Source: Octopus sinensis
Lineage: Eukaryota
Length of the DNA: 64,000 nt
Direction of reading: 5' to 3'
NCBI RefSeq assembly: GCF_006345805.1
Contig: NC_043004.1
Coordinates: 62,310,001-62,374,000 of the forward strand
Part shown: positions 1 through 13,855 of the stretch, piece by piece
How positions within the stretch are numbered: the first letter of the stretch is position 1
Layout of the letters: each line of letters begins with the position of its first letter
Notes under the pieces: generated by a model
Seen by the model: the letters and a program-made list of their open reading frames with translations, nothing else
Database searches by the model: none
What the model was told of the DNA's origin: nothing
Position numbers and translations under genes: made by a program

Positions 1-1204
1 GGTCAGAGCCGACAGAACTAAAGGAAGAGTAGGATCTCGAGTCTTTAACACTATTGCGTCATTTCTTTCGAAAGATGAGGTAGTCAATTTGTGCCCTATC
101 ATCAAGTGAGGACTCAAATGTCCAAAGTTGACCTTTTGGTTTCATAAAAGATTGTTGGAGGTGTAGAGATTAAATTCCTCCCAGAAGTCTTTGAGCATTT
201 CTCCGTTCCGATTAGTTTTAGAGTTGAAAGTAAACTTGGTCTCATCGGGTCCTAGTCTAGCATTCAGATCACCAGCTATAACTAGAAAATTATGGAGAGG
301 TACTTGCTCAATAGTTGAACGAAGGGTTGCATAAAAATTCTCAATCTCGTCTGCCACAGACGAATTATGTGGGCTATACACACATACCAATGTTGTTTTC
401 GGGTTTCCATCTATCTCAAGCACCATAATTCTAGGTGAGATTGACTCTATACTCAAGAGAATATCACTAGCTTTTGATGAAAGTAGAAATCCGATACCTC
501 CAACTGTTGAATTAACAGTATTCTTTGATGCTGAGGAGGTTACAAGTTGATAAGAACCGACTTGATGGTATTTGAGGATGTTGTCAGGGTGGTAAAATCG
601 GTGTTCTTGGACAGCTATTATATCAATGCCATGTGATTCTGCATTTGCACCAAGTTCTTCTAGACGGCCAAGAGAGCCGAGGGTGCGAGCATTGAGGGTG
701 CTGAGTATCGTATGATTTTTACAGCTGATGAGGTGTTTGCTTGGTGTTGTTTGGTTGGGAGCTGACTCTTCACCATCAGGTAATACCCGTCTGTTAAGAT
801 TGAGGGCATCACCGTCAATGGATGCCCTTGGAGGTGCAACGGGATCAGAGACAGGACCCGGCAAAGCAGGGGCTGGATCTACATCCGCAGGTATACCTAT
901 TTCTTTATTACCCACAAGGGGCTAAAGACAGAGAGGACAAACAAGGACAGACATAGGTATTAGGTCGATTACATCGACCCCAGTACGTAACTGGTACTTA
1001 ATTTATCGACCCCGAAAGGATGAAAGGCAAAGTCGACCTCGGCGGAATTTGAACTCAGAACGTTAACGACAGACGAAATACGGCTACGCATTTCGCCCGG
1101 CGTGCTAACGTTTCTGCCAGCTCGCCGCCTATTTCCGCAGGTATACCATTAGGTCTGGTTCCCTGTGGAAGAGGAACCCTGGTGCAGTTAATTGTAAATT
1201 CCAT
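1..1204 (-). pseudogene. RTE-clade LINE ORF, N-terminal APE endonuclease domain, disrupted and running off the window edge
   Basis: ORF 142..915 has EEP motifs TLNARTL, IIAVQEHR, CVYSPHN, AGDLNARLG. After a frameshift it continues KPKGQLWTF...AQIDYLIFRKK*RNSVKDSRSYSSFSSVGSD. Removing the SINE at 898-1130 plus one target-site copy restores an in-frame ATG at 1202-1204 (MEFTINCTRVPLPQGTRPNGIPADV). Confidence 0.85.
898..1130 (-). mobile_element. tRNA-derived SINE family A, full length, with 14-bp TSD
   Basis: Head aggcggcgagctggcagaaacgttagcacg, B-box gagttcaaattccgcc. Flanked by direct repeat tccgcaggtatacc at 884-897 and 1134-1147. Same family as 46797-47000, 48437-48672 and 49062-49280. Confidence 0.9.
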
Positions 1205-3386
1205 AAAGTCCTTCTACTTCTGGTCACTTCAAAAATGTAACCATACTGGACTCGTGGCGAATTTTTTCTTACTTCTTTCTTCCCCTTGGACTTTACTGTT
1301 TTTCTTGTTTCCGAAGAAGAAGATCTGTGCTTGAAACCTAAAGCATCTACTATTTTCTTTCTCCTAGCTTCATATTAGTACTTTACTTGTCCTAGGCCTC
1401 GCGTTTGTTTGTTTCTCTTTTTATTTTTCGAATGCTTTTTCCTGTATTTTTATTTCATTATATACATATGTGCATACACATATACATATAGATTTACGCA
1501 TGTAACTACGAATGTATGTATAAGTGAAAATAAGGAGGAAAGAAATTAATTTCATATCTTGCAGAAAATAAATTTCTGTGAATATTTTAAGGTTACGAAA
1601 ATTAACTTTGAATATTATTTAAATTCGCTTCAGAGTTTACAATATAGAATTCTTAGACAAATATGTTACACATTTCATTTTATATTTTAGTCGCTTACTC
1701 TTTGTGCCGGTGTCATTATTAAAATATAAACGCAGTAATTGAGTGAAGATATGTAATTAAATTTTACCTTGAACATTTTGTGTTAACTTTAAATGTATTA
1801 AGATATTCACCACTCTTATTAACAATGCAATTACTGCTGCGAAAAATTTAAATGATAATAAAACTATTCTTAGTAGGAAACACAAAGCTGTAATTGTTAA
1901 TTCAAATTCTAAGACTCGCAATATTCTTTGTAAATGGATCACAATTATCATTTTAAGGGAATCTCGCTGAAGGTTTATTTCTATTCAGATTTCAAGTAAT
2001 GATGTGAAGATCAATTAATATAATTTCTATCACGCTCAATATATTTATTTTATAACTTTTTTCGATATTTCATTGAAATCACAAATATTTAAATTGTGAT
2101 TTTATGTTTAGGGAAAGTTGTAAGAGAGATTGTGCCTTAACTAAGTCGTAAAAGCTGTAACAGAGAATTTTGAGGAAAGAAAAATTAAAAATACAATAGG
2201 AATTGGAAATCGTAACGAAAGAGGAAGCATACTACATTTAATAAATTTCTTTTAGTCGGTTTTTGTTTGAAATATTTGAAATTGTCCAGCTATGTTAGAG
2301 AAATTACGCAAAGTCATAACTTGATTGATCGATAAATATGTAGTTCACTAGATAAGTATATAGCTTTAAAAATACAAAAGAATTTGGAGGGAGACGGAGA
2401 AAAAACTTAGCAGGCAGGCAGGCAGAACACGATACAGTGACCAACGTATGAAATAAAAATGAGTAAATATATGTATTTCCGAAAATTTCACCCGCTGTAA
2501 ATAATGGAAATGTTAGAATAAATATAAGAAAAATATAACACTGGAATATTTTTTTTCCTCCATAACTCAAAAGTTTCTACGCAGTGAATAGAAATAATTA
2601 GTGAGTATGAAGTGAACAATATCGAGAATGAATTTGAATTCTTTTTAATTATGTATTTTTTTAAATGAGTTGGTTTCATAAGGAGTAGGCTTTTATAAAA
2701 TTATCTACGAATGTGAATACTGTAAAGAATAAATATAATTCAATGAAACCCTATAACAAAAAAATTTATTGTTTTGTCCGAGGAAATTATTTTGTCTACG
2801 TCTTTTTTTAAGTTTTCAGCGGTTCTGAAATAGAGGAAGTCAGTGTCTATTCTTCTGAATATGGTTCCTGAACGCTCAAGAAAAATGTCTATGTTAAAGC
2901 CCGTAATCATTCGTGTAGATGGTACAAGAGCCAAAGGATATAGTATATCCCCAGTTTAGATTTATTGCATCTACACATTAAGAACATACGTTATTTTCAG
3001 TTCATTATTAGAAGATCAATGCCATACTAAATGATTTGGGACTGTATTGGCAGCGAAATTAATCAATTTACCACTTTGCCATAAATCAATACTTGTGTGA
3101 CCTTGTATCTATGTAAACAATCATTATTTGCGCTAGACTGACTCGAAAAATTCTACTTAGAAGATCGTATTTCAGATAAAATATAAATTCCAAGTACTTT
3201 AGCTCAGGGCAGTATCTGTCTGGATATCATGACAGAGCATCCGTCAATCGATGCAATTTTTTTCTCAAGTCACCCCTGCAGGAAACTTTAATACACAATT
3301 ATGGATGAACATGCATTATATTGCACATACACACAAACACAGACACATACGCATGCCCACTCACACATACATGCATACATTATATA

Positions 3387-3414
<28 letters not shown>

Positions 3415-3419
<5 letters not shown>

Positions 3420-3570
3420 CCATAAGTACATACTACATAAGTATATGTACAAGAATATGTCTGTAAATTGTATATATGTACATATATATATGTATATATA
3501 TATCCATAAGTACATACTACATAAGTATATGTACAAGAATATATGTCTGTAACTTGTACATATATATATG
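3415..3570 (+). repeat. ~83-bp tandem duplication inside (TA)n microsatellite
   Basis: ccataagtacatactacataagtatatgtacaagaatat occurs twice. Confidence 0.8.
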
Positions 3571-3680
3571 TATGTATATATATATGTATGTATCTATTTA
3601 TGTCTGTATGTATGTATGTGTATGTATATTGTATATACTTGTGTGAATATGTATATATATACTCTCTCTCTCTCTCTCTC

Positions 3681-4080
3681 TCTTTTACTCTTTTACTTGT
3701 TTCAGTCATTTGACTGTGGCTATGATGGAGCACCGCCTTTAATCGAGCAACTCGACCCCGGAACTTATTCTTTTGTAAGCCCAATACTTATTCTATCGGT
3801 CTTTTTTGCCGAACCGCTAAGTAACGGGGAGATAATTACACCAGCATCGGTTGTCAAGCAATGCTAGGAGGACAAACACAGACACACAAACACACACATA
3901 TATATATACATATATACGACGGACTTCTTTCAGTTTCCGTCTACCAAATCCACTCACAAGGCTTTGGTCGGCCCGAGGCTATAGTAGAAGACACTTGTCC
4001 AAGATGCCTCGCAGTGGGACTGAACCCAGAACCAAGTGGTTGGTAGGCAAGCTACTTACCACATAGCCACTCCTGCGCCT
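3681..4080 (-). mobile_element. tRNA-derived SINE family B (internal TA/CA microsatellite)
   Basis: Head aggcgcaggagtggctatgtggtaagtagcttgcc...gggttcagtcccactgcg, core ttggacaagtgtcttctactatagcc, tail ...gtcaaatgactgaaacaagtaaaagag. Further copies at 4812-5222, 7884-8220, 41470-41850, 52562-52980 and 53020-53270. Confidence 0.9.
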
Positions 4081-4229
4081 ATGAATATATGTATATCCTT
4101 GAAAAAATTAAACGAAATCAGAAATAAGGAAAGCTGTTAAGGAGGTAGAAATGTAAAGATTTTTTAAGCCTTTATATTTTGGGTGCAAAATACTCTCTTA
4201 AAATGAAAGCAGTCAAAGAATTGTGTATT

Positions 4230-4760
4230 TACATACATCCTGCCGTTTTACATAGTCCGTTGTTGATGCTAGCCTCATCAGATTTACAAATGCTATTGTA
4301 GCTGATACCGTAGGTATTAGATTGTAGACGATTGGCTGTAGGCTTTAAGTTTGTAGAATTAGTGATGGTGAATGCGGCAGTCTAAGCGATGAATTCAGTG
4401 GTGGTAATGGTAGACGTGATTGTTGTGTACCTTGGTATAGATGACGAAGCTGGTAGTGGTATCATGGTAGTAGCGGGGAAATGGCATTCCTGTAATGGGC
4501 AAAGAGATCGCAGCAACCTGTCTTTCGGTAAAACTGTGTCACTTTTACCCTCACTTGTGATGCTTATCCAAATGTCAACCAAGGAGAGGGAACCATCACC
4601 GTTCGTGGGTGAAGTTGATGTGTTGGTCCATGTTATTCAATGTTTCTTTATTTTGGAGGCATCCTTATAAAATGGCGTGAGCTTGAGGATATCGTGCACA
4701 CGCCTGGTTGAAGAAGGCGCATTTTCTGCAGATAGTGACAATCTATAGTAAGATAGTGAA
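4230..4760 (-). pseudogene. Penelope-like element RT C-terminal remnant with decayed 3' tail
   Basis: Minus strand reads LNNMDQHINFTHE/GDGSLSLVDIWISITSEGKSDT, resembling the PLE RT motif LN...I.FT.E.E.DG.L.FLD. A CUGAUGAG motif lies at ~4273-4280 in the downstream tail. Confidence 0.55.
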
Positions 4761-4811
4761 GTTCTAAGTAAGTACTAGGTCGTGAAGTATGAAATTTATA
4801 GCAAGGTATAT

Positions 4812-5222
4812 GCATTTTGTTGCATGATATACAGTACTTATTCTATCAGTCTCTTTTGCCGAACCACTAAGTGACGGGGACCTAAACACACCAGCATCGG
4901 ATGTCAAGCGATGGTGGGGGGACAAAACACAGACGCACAAACATATACACACACATACATACATATATATACTTATATACGACGGGCTTGTTTCAGTTTG
5001 TTACTTTTACTTATATATATATATATAATCCTGTCGGATATATATATATATATATATATATTTATACGACAGGTTTCTTTCTGCTTCCGTCTACCAAATC
5101 CACCCACAAGGCTTTGGTTGACCCGAGGCTATAGTAGAACACACCTGCCCAAGAAGCCACGCAGAGGGACTGAACCTGAAACCATGTGGTTGGTAAGCAA
5201 CTACTTACAACTCAGCCACTCA
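4812..5222 (-). mobile_element. SINE family B copy
   Basis: Co-linear with the 3681-4080 copy. Confidence 0.85.
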
Positions 5223-5267
5223 ACCCTCTTGTCACAAAAATTAATCATTTTTGCATTCAATTGTAAT

Positions 5268-5790
5268 ACGTGAGGAGAAATGTATCTGATATAACAACAT
5301 TACACGTTCAGCACCTTGGATGGACAAAGACGAGCCACCAAAACACAGTACAAAAAGACCAAATGATGCAGAAACTTCACAAAAATATCAGCCTAGATTG
5401 GTCAACAAATTCACTCCTGTTTTATTGCAACGCCAGAGCACATATCGCAAAAATGACATTGGTGAAACTACAGGATTTAGAGTTGGATGTTCTCCATCAT
5501 CCACCATGCTCATCTGATCTTGCACACACTGACTAACACTTTTTCTGTCAAAATGAATAATATTTTAATAGGAAAAAAATTAATTCCGACGATGCTGTAA
5601 AACCGGCCTTTCAAGATTTTATTGACTCTAGATTACCAGGCCTTTACAGTTCTGACTCGACAAGCTACCACTGAAATGGCAAAAGTGTATTGATAATATG
5701 GGTATTGATGAATAAAACTATTCCTAGTATTTAGAAAGTATTAGCCAACTCTTTTTCTTTTCTACAAATTTCATATTTGACAACCTAATA
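5268..5790 (+). pseudogene. mariner transposase 3' fragment with right TIR
   Basis: Decayed motifs WMDKDEPPKH, CNARAHIAKMTLVKLQDLELDVLHHPPCSSDLAHTD (cf. HPPYSPDLAP) and LKWQKCIDN. Ends atttgacaacctaata. Confidence 0.8.
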
Positions 5791-6379
5791 ATCGTGAACA
5801 AACCTGAGACGCTGAAATATATAGGCAGCCCTGATCAGTTTCTACGTGTGTTGCGGAGTAAACTAGAGTTTGTGTTGGTATCTATAACTGAAAATAGCTG
5901 GTGGATGTCAGAGGTAGTATGTCCAAGACATTGTACGCCCGAGGTGGTGACTATTTCGCAATCAGTTTGACTGTGTCGTAGAAGACAATATCTAAGCTGA
6001 TAGTATACCTGTCGGGTGCGAGATGGAGTTGTCATTGAGTGACCTCATTCGTGACAAGGGAGCATCAATAGAATGGTCTCAGAATTTTGGCTCGTTCCTC
6101 TATGGTAGAGACTATGGGAGGGATAAGGCGGTCAGGTGCGTCTTTATACGTCTCGGTGGCATGGTAAAATCATTTATTGAATAGTGTAGCGCCTGTTGAA
6201 TAGATGAAATTTTATTAAAGTGTATTTGTGTGTTGTGATCCTGAATAAGTAAGAAGATGTATACATACACACACCACGCTGCACACACGCATACACACAC
6301 ACACAGACACATACTCACACACACACATATATATATATAGCAAAACATTTCGAAAATTGAATCATCCAAGATGTCATTC

Positions 6380-6900
6380 ACCAACAGAATTAAGGGTATG
6401 AATGATCATGATCAAATGTGACCACCTTAAAGCATTGGAATTCTATTCTCTCTCGCGACACTGTGAGCGATACTTCATTTGCTCGACAAGCAGAATATAC
6501 TACGAGCATTGTCCAAACGGCCTCAACATGAGCTTCAAGCTTCATCCAAGTATAGGACCATGGGTCATACATCCCCTGCTATATTCAGAATCACAACACA
6601 TAAGTACACTGCAACACAATTTCTTTTCCTCAAAAGGCCCTGTCTAATTTAACACTGTCCCGAAAAAGATCACAGAGGAAAACGATCCCATTACATTTAA
6701 ACGGAATCTGGACAAATTTCTTCAAGAATACCTGATAAGCCACGTACATCTGGATACAACTCTCTCAACAAGGACTCCCTATACGACTGGACCATGATAG
6801 CACAATACTTGACTTAAAACGGATTTAGCTAATCCTGTCAGGCTCTTAAGTTAGACACCGTGTGGACCAATCTTGGTCGGAACATATCTAAGTATATGTA
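6380..6900 (+). mobile_element. CR1-like LINE 3' end fragment
   Basis: LKALEFYSLSRHCERYFIC...HNFFSSKGPV. Co-linear with the reverse complement of 35170-35820, ending ggaccaatcttggtcggaacatatctaag. Confidence 0.8.
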
Positions 6901-7493
6901 GCTGTATATATATTGATATCTCGTCATCTTCTTGAAGTTCTTTCTTTTGCTCTGTAATTTAACAATTTCTAACGGCTGTTTCGATACTTTTATTTGACGC
7001 GTTATTAATGAAATCAAACATCATGATTCTCTTGAACATGGATACTAATTAAAAACTGCTATTATTTAAATATTTTTATCCCAGAGAAGATGATAGCTAG
7101 TCTTTGGCTTTGTTAATTACATGATGACGCAGTATGATCTCACTGGTGTATATCGATTGACTGAAAATCAATATCTATTTCCGTGATGAGAAGCTGATTT
7201 TCTTCATTGTTAAAATCACGTCAAACCAGATCGAGGAAACCTATTTTGTAGGCATGCCAGACCTGATGGTCTTCCAACATATTTTGAGACAATATATCCA
7301 GAAAATTCACTATCTCACTTCGATTTAATTAAAAGCTCTTCGCGGAGAATTTATTTACAATTTCCACCATGACAGCTATATTTTCTCATGTACATGAGAA
7401 GTTCCCGATATTTCCCGATACATAATCGAACCCACCAAAATATTAATCATATGTTTCCTTTACACACACACACACACACTCATACGTATACAT

Positions 7494-7608
<115 letters not shown>

Positions 7609-7883
7609 TACATAACGTTAAGAACTTAGCTAAATCCTTCTTTAAATTACTAGACTCTAACTTCCATGGGCAACATAAATATCATTCTATCTTTAATAGA
7701 TCGACCCTGAAACTATCCTATTGTACCCCACCCAATTTCGAATCTATTGTAGCAGCCTCTAATAAGCAAAAGCTTTCTCTTTGCTATGAAAACTCACATA
7801 ATTACAACTCTAGCCATACGAACACTCAAAATACACACAGCGCCAGCATAGATACATTTAAATTAGACCACAACAAAAACCAG

Positions 7884-8220
7884 TCCCACTGCGTGGCATC
7901 TTGGGCAAGTGTCTTCTGCTATAGCCTTGGGCCGACCAATGCCTTGTGAGTGGATTTGGTAGACGGAAACTGAAAGAAGCCTGTCGGATATATGTATATA
8001 TATATGTGTGTGTGTGTATGTGTGTGTGTTTGTTCCCCTAGCATTGCTTGACAACTGATGCTGGTGTGTTTATGTCCTCGTCCATTGGCGGTTCGGCAAA
8101 AGAGACCGATAGAATAAGTACTGGGCTTACAAAGAATAAGTCCCGGGGTCGATTTGCTCGACTAAAGGCGGTGCTCCAGCATGGCCGCAGTCAAATGACT
8201 GAAACAAGTAAAAGAGAGTA
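7884..8220 (+). mobile_element. SINE family B copy (5' truncated)
   Basis: cccactgcgtggcatcttgggcaagtgtcttc ... ggcggtgctccagcatggccgcagtcaaatgactgaaacaag. Confidence 0.85.
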
Positions 8221-8253
8221 AAGAGAATGGAACTGGAGATACAATATTCCAGC

Positions 8254-8628
8254 ATAATTTGCTAGGCGAATTCTCATCAGTAACCGTGCCTTAATAACTA
8301 ACATATAATTCAGGGACAAATAACACGTATTTCATCATTATATGTTGTAACTTTTCAAAATTCACCGCGCAAACGCAGTTTCAGTCGGCAATGAATATAT
8401 ATATTCGAATGTGATCTTAGTATTTTCGATGATCAGCTCGGCATTATCTATCTATAGCTGACTGAAATTGCGCTTGCGCGGTGAATTCTGGAAAATTACA
8501 ACATATAATGATGAGACACGTGTTATTTGTCTTTGAATTATGTTAGTTGTTAAGGCACGGTTGCAGATGAGAATTCGCCTAGCAAATTATTTTATTTGCT
8601 AAAGAAGTTTGAAACCTAGTTATAACCG
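8254..8628 (+). repeat. Inverted repeat (8254-8386 / 8460-8590) with hammerhead-like motif at 8558-8628
   Basis: Arms are reverse complements. Plus strand: cggttg-CAGAUGA-stem II (with tagcaaat/atttgcta)-GAAAC-CUAG-UUA-uaaccg. The minus arm keeps an intact cggtta-CUGAUGA but is truncated in stem II. Confidence 0.75.
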
Positions 8629-8715
8629 CAAAAAATAACAAGGTAAATTTTTTTTATTCCCTTCGAAAATTGCTCTTAAATATGTGGTTTTGGTCGTAAA
8701 TGACTGCTCCTTCTG

Positions 8716-8761
<46 letters not shown>

Positions 8762-9259
8762 GTATGTGTCTGTGTGAGAGAGAGAGAGAGAGAAATGAAA
8801 GTGAGAGAGATGAGATATGCAATTACATTCGCATGTTTATGAAGGATATCTCCGATCAAAACACCACAAACTTGTTTTGTTATCTCCGGCAACAATATGT
8901 ATCTCGTGCGTGTTCGCAGGTTCTCGAATGATTTAAACAACCTGACTTGCTAATGAAACAATTAATTTGATGTTAGTTGTATTTTAACTGTAAGTGTAGC
9001 TGTGTTGTATCAGGTTTACAAGAGTGCCATCGGGAAAAAAGGCGTTATTTTGAATTGTTTCTTTGTTATTTGTATATCAAGTTAATTGTAAATGGTAATA
9101 AGGCAATGTTGTCGACTGGAGAAGGGAAACAATGCTACATATTTCCAAATTCATAGAAATTAATTTCCGTCTTCCGTACAGCCTTGTTTCTTTCCAGGTA
9201 AACGGGCTTGTGATTGCTTAAACAACATTTCCAATGTAACAAGTAGTGATTCATCTAAA

Positions 9260-10180
9260 AAAATGTGGCATGATGGTATTTGATAATACCTGCAGTAAAA
9301 TGGTTTCACCTCGAAAGCTATAGAGGCTGATATAACTGTTACATTGAAGGATGACACCCGGATATATCTACAGTGCAAAAGTTGGTTGCTGATTTTAGGA
9401 GTAGGGAGAGACTTCAACGTTATCTGTTTGGCATTCAACAGCTACAAACAAGGAGAACATTGATCCTGCTCACCACGTCTTGATGAATGACAGGAAACTG
9501 ACTATAAATGAAAAGCCAATGTAATTAGCAAATCCTTATGATAGATTTTAGAATATTCTCCACAATGACCTTAGCATGCTGAAGTTTCGGTTCGGTCGAT
9601 GCCCCGTGGTATAACACTTGATCAAAACCGCACCAAGTTGATCATATCATGGGAAAATTTCACACTGTTTCAGACAGATACACATGATTTCCTTGAATGT
9701 TTCCTTAACTAAGGATAAGTGTGAGGTTAAACTCTTTTAGCCAGAGCCAGAGATATAATCCATGACCCGAAGAAAGCCAAGATCGTTTCATCTGCTAGGA
9801 AGGTGATGAACTCATTTTTGTAGGAGACAAACGGCATTGTGTTCATTGACCATATTTTAAATGGCTACAATACTAAAGGGCAGTTATTGGCCAGTTTTCT
9901 GAGGCAGTTACAAAAGACTAGCAAGCCCAACGACTAGGGAAAATTACGAAAGAGATCATATCTCCTCAGGACCATGCTCCATCACACCATTTCGTCGTTT
10001 CAATAGCTGTTGTGCTTCCTCTAACTAGTTGATGAGTCATGCTGTTGATGACTTCATGATTTTTTAAAGAACAAGATAGATGCTCCTTGTCCAAAGGGAC
10101 CCAACCTCTGCAATATCGTCGGAAGAAGTTTGTGGACCTTTAGAGTAGTGGGTGGGCTATGTTGAAAAATAAAGACCACA
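9260..10180 (+). pseudogene. Highly decayed mariner transposase, nearly full length
   Basis: Remnants of STVQKLVADFRSR, KFRFGRCP (cf. KVSARWVP), PKKAKIVSSARKVM, QDHAPSH and GGLC/YVEK* across several frames. Confidence 0.7.
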
Positions 10181-10817
10181 CTGCCAAGAGACATAAAAGA
10201 TCAGTCGAGTACTGAAGCCGATTCTCCTGCCAAATCTCCTGTTCTGAGTACTGACGTCGATTCACCCTAAACTTTAAGCAAAATTTGATGCAACTACACA
10301 TCATCTTGGAAAAATTAATCAGTGTTTAGCCAGAGTGATGACAAAGTTAGTTTGAGGAAATTCGTGAGGACGCATAAGTACCCCACAATGTACTGTTCAC
10401 AATCACTATCTTAACGATTTCTCATGTAATAAAGATTTTAAAGTATTCAAAATGTTTTATGATGCCAGCGGCCCCTCTCCTAAGGATTGTATATCTAAAA
10501 ATTACAACTTCAGCAGTTTGAAGTATAGTTTGAAGTAGAAATTAATGTTCTGGAACAAATAGTTATTTCCCTTTAAGAGCATTTACACCAAAACATTCAT
10601 TAAAGAAAATCCCATTAGGTTTCGTATATTAATCGGACACGCGTGACATACAGTAGAACTTGATGCCATTTCTAGATACTCATGACACCAAGGATACTCC
10701 CCACCTTTTCGTTAACTCGTAAATTATCCTTGTCTGCATGCATATAATTTGTGCAAATTTGTAAATTTCTAATATCAGTTTATTACAGAAGAAATATAAT
10801 AAATAGTCTATTACTTG

Positions 10818-10895
<78 letters not shown>

Positions 10896-12140
10896 TGTAT
10901 GTGTGTGTGTGTTACTAATATTATAATTCATCTGTGTGAGCATATACACTGACGCATGATATATAACCAATGCACAAACTACGCATTGAAAACATTATTA
11001 TAACACATTATGTAGGAATTTATAATTGACGGATTTGCGATTGTGTACAGGTGGTACGTAACGATTTTAATTCTTCTTTCATTTCATAATAACAGTGATA
11101 TTTAACTCATGGTTTCTACAGGAGTCTTACTTATTTAATCGTATTCTAATAATTCACTATGAACTATCTGAAAACCAGATGTATTTGTTGCAGTGTTAAA
11201 TGAATAATTGCTTGGCAAATGTACGTAATTTTCATCGTTTATGTATGTTTAGTTGATCTATGGGACGTATTAATAAATGATTTGTAAGATTGAGTGAACA
11301 GAAAAATATTCTGATTTGCCAAAATTGATGCAGATGTTCTTCATATTATGTCTAAGAGAAGAATAATTAATTTAAGACAAGATGTAAGCATTGATACATT
11401 GATAATCGAATTTACACCGATAAACTACTTTAATAGAAGCATTCATATAATACATCATTTCAATCTTTTCATTACTAATATTGAATTTATGTGAATGTCT
11501 ACATAGATAAGTCATCGTTATTTGCAAAAGTTTTAGAAATATTCCAGTTAAGAAGATAAGAATGAAAGGGAGAAACAGAGACAAATAGTCAAAGGGAAAA
11601 TGATAATGAAAGTAAAAGCAAATGAAATCAAAAAACACTTCAAATGAAAGAACAATATGAGAAAGTCATATTGGAATAATGTCATAGATTTTTAGATAAT
11701 AATGCTTAGTTATTTAGATCCTACTGAAATTAAGATGTATTTCTTCCATCTAGAAAGAAGCTTCAAATTGTTTGACTAGCTAAACACAGTTAAATACATC
11801 CGAATAGCTATACAATACAGAAAATTCTTTTGTCTGTCAGATATTGTAACAAAAAAGTAACGGGAACCACGACTAAAATAAGTTTCAATTTCAGTCTGCT
11901 TAACATGACAGGATTTAGATGCATCTAAACAGCTTAAAAATACGTAAAAATACCAATATTGGTGAGTAAAATCCACTTTCGGTTAGCTACCTACTAAAAT
12001 TTTAATTGTGGCTGTAAAAGTAGTAAAAATATAGGAGAGAATGATTTCTGTCGCTCTGTTACCATCAAATTCACAAACGATTTGGTCCCTGAATGTGAAT
12101 TCCTAGTTTTTTGTAGCTACTATTGTCGTTGTACTTTATA

Positions 12141-12225
12141 TTACTTTAGTACTTTATATTAGATTTTCATAATACCTTATATTAGACATTTCATAATACT
12201 TTATATTAGACATTTCATAATACTT
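12141..12225 (+). repeat. ~24-bp minisatellite (tactttatattagacatttcataa), about 3 copies
   Basis: Direct inspection. Confidence 0.75.
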
Positions 12226-13372
12226 CCTATTTAGAATTTGAATAGTCTTTCTGACCGAAAGTACATTGTTTTGCATAGCATATATAAAAATACTCTAATC
12301 GAAAGAGCAGTATCAGGAAGTTTTGATATGAGCAGTTGCACAAAATTGAAATATAAAAGTGATCAAGCAAAAGTTAAATTCTATGAAACATTAGACAATG
12401 AATCCTCTCTTACATTTTTGCATGTTTTACCAAAAGGCAATGTTTACTGAAGTATCCATCCCTCATTTAATATAATGAAATTCTCGCTGCATATAATGGG
12501 CCAAATTTCTCATTATGTAATTACCGTTATCCGTTTCGACCATTTTTATGTCATAAAATAATTCAAATTTAATAATTTAATCTCTTGAAATGTGTTGCAA
12601 ATTTTATTTAAGGAAGTGAGCATCAATCAAGATAATCCACAACAGCTGTAAAGGAAATAATTAGGTATATGAACCCCACCCCGTAAAGCTGATGGAAATG
12701 AACAGTTTTGATCAGGCGAACGCGTGTACTTAAAATAAAGAAATAAGCATTTTTTAACAGGTCTTTATTCAATAACATCGCAGCTGTAAAAAACAAAGTT
12801 CAAGGGAAATGCTAATCTAGCGAATATAAACGGGGGTAAACTTCATATAAATTACATAAATTAATGCATCAAATCACACAAAAACTAAAATTAATTTCGG
12901 GTAACAGTAGGTGCACGCCAAGCAAGATAGGTTAAATTACAGTGAGAAATTGTCAGAAGCAAAATATCTAGACGCGGATATTACGACAAGAAAATCAATT
13001 ATTACCTATAACCTCCTTTGCTATGTAGATTTTATAGAAATTATAGGTATGTTTCTATCGGTCAATGTCAAACAATTTCTTCCGCTGGACAGTTAAAAGT
13101 TTAGAGACTAATTTCACTAAAGATTCGCTCCCGATTTCTAGACATTTTCTCTTTTAATTTCCAGATTTCAATTGGACAAAGCATACAAGAATGAATTATA
13201 TATCGACAAAATTATGTTTACGAGAACATCTTTATAGATTCTGGAAAAATGACGTAATAATGTACGGTTGAAATTATTTGACGTCACTACTGGTACTGAT
13301 ATACATACATGCATACATACATAACATATGTACATTCAGGCTAACATACATGCAAGCACATATATATACGTG

Positions 13373-13433
<61 letters not shown>

Positions 13434-13855
13434 GTGTGTATATGTACGTATTTATGTATATATATATATATATATAGTGGTTGTATACTGTCAACTCAAA
13501 GTGACAGTCCTGTAACGGGAATCACACCACCGCTATTTAGCCCTAGGAAGCATCGACGCTTCCTGTCGGCTTTGACACATTTTCTGTGTCCTTATATCGC
13601 CCCAACACCGCTCATGTCTCTCTGAAACATTTAGAAATTCAATATTTCTAATTTTTGTGATCAGTGAATACATTTCACTGAACATATCCTATATTTTAAA
13701 GCGGTTGCAGCCATCTCAGCTAGCACGACTTGCTACTTTAGATGGTAACCTCTCGCGGGAATGTTTGTGTCGGTTTTTTGGATTAGCGGTTTTGAGTTGA
13801 ATTTTGTTGTTGCATATTGTTGTTGAAAACTGTTGCTTTGTGTTGAACGTTATAA

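Noticed and set aside
1130-1340. Possible HDV-like ribozyme at the RTE 5' end
   Set aside because: Hairpins are present, but I could not build the nested double pseudoknot.
2740-3030. STAS-like reading on the minus strand, or a stop-interrupted exon-like reading on the plus strand
   Set aside because: Short, mutually exclusive and not distinguishable from chance without a database search.
12234-12450. 70-codon open frame after a plausible acceptor (ttcctatttag)
   Set aside because: Ambiguous: weak resemblance both to a PLE RT motif (KF.E..N.SSL.FL.V) and to a lectin-like S.Y...RAV.G...SC pattern, and there is no canonical donor.
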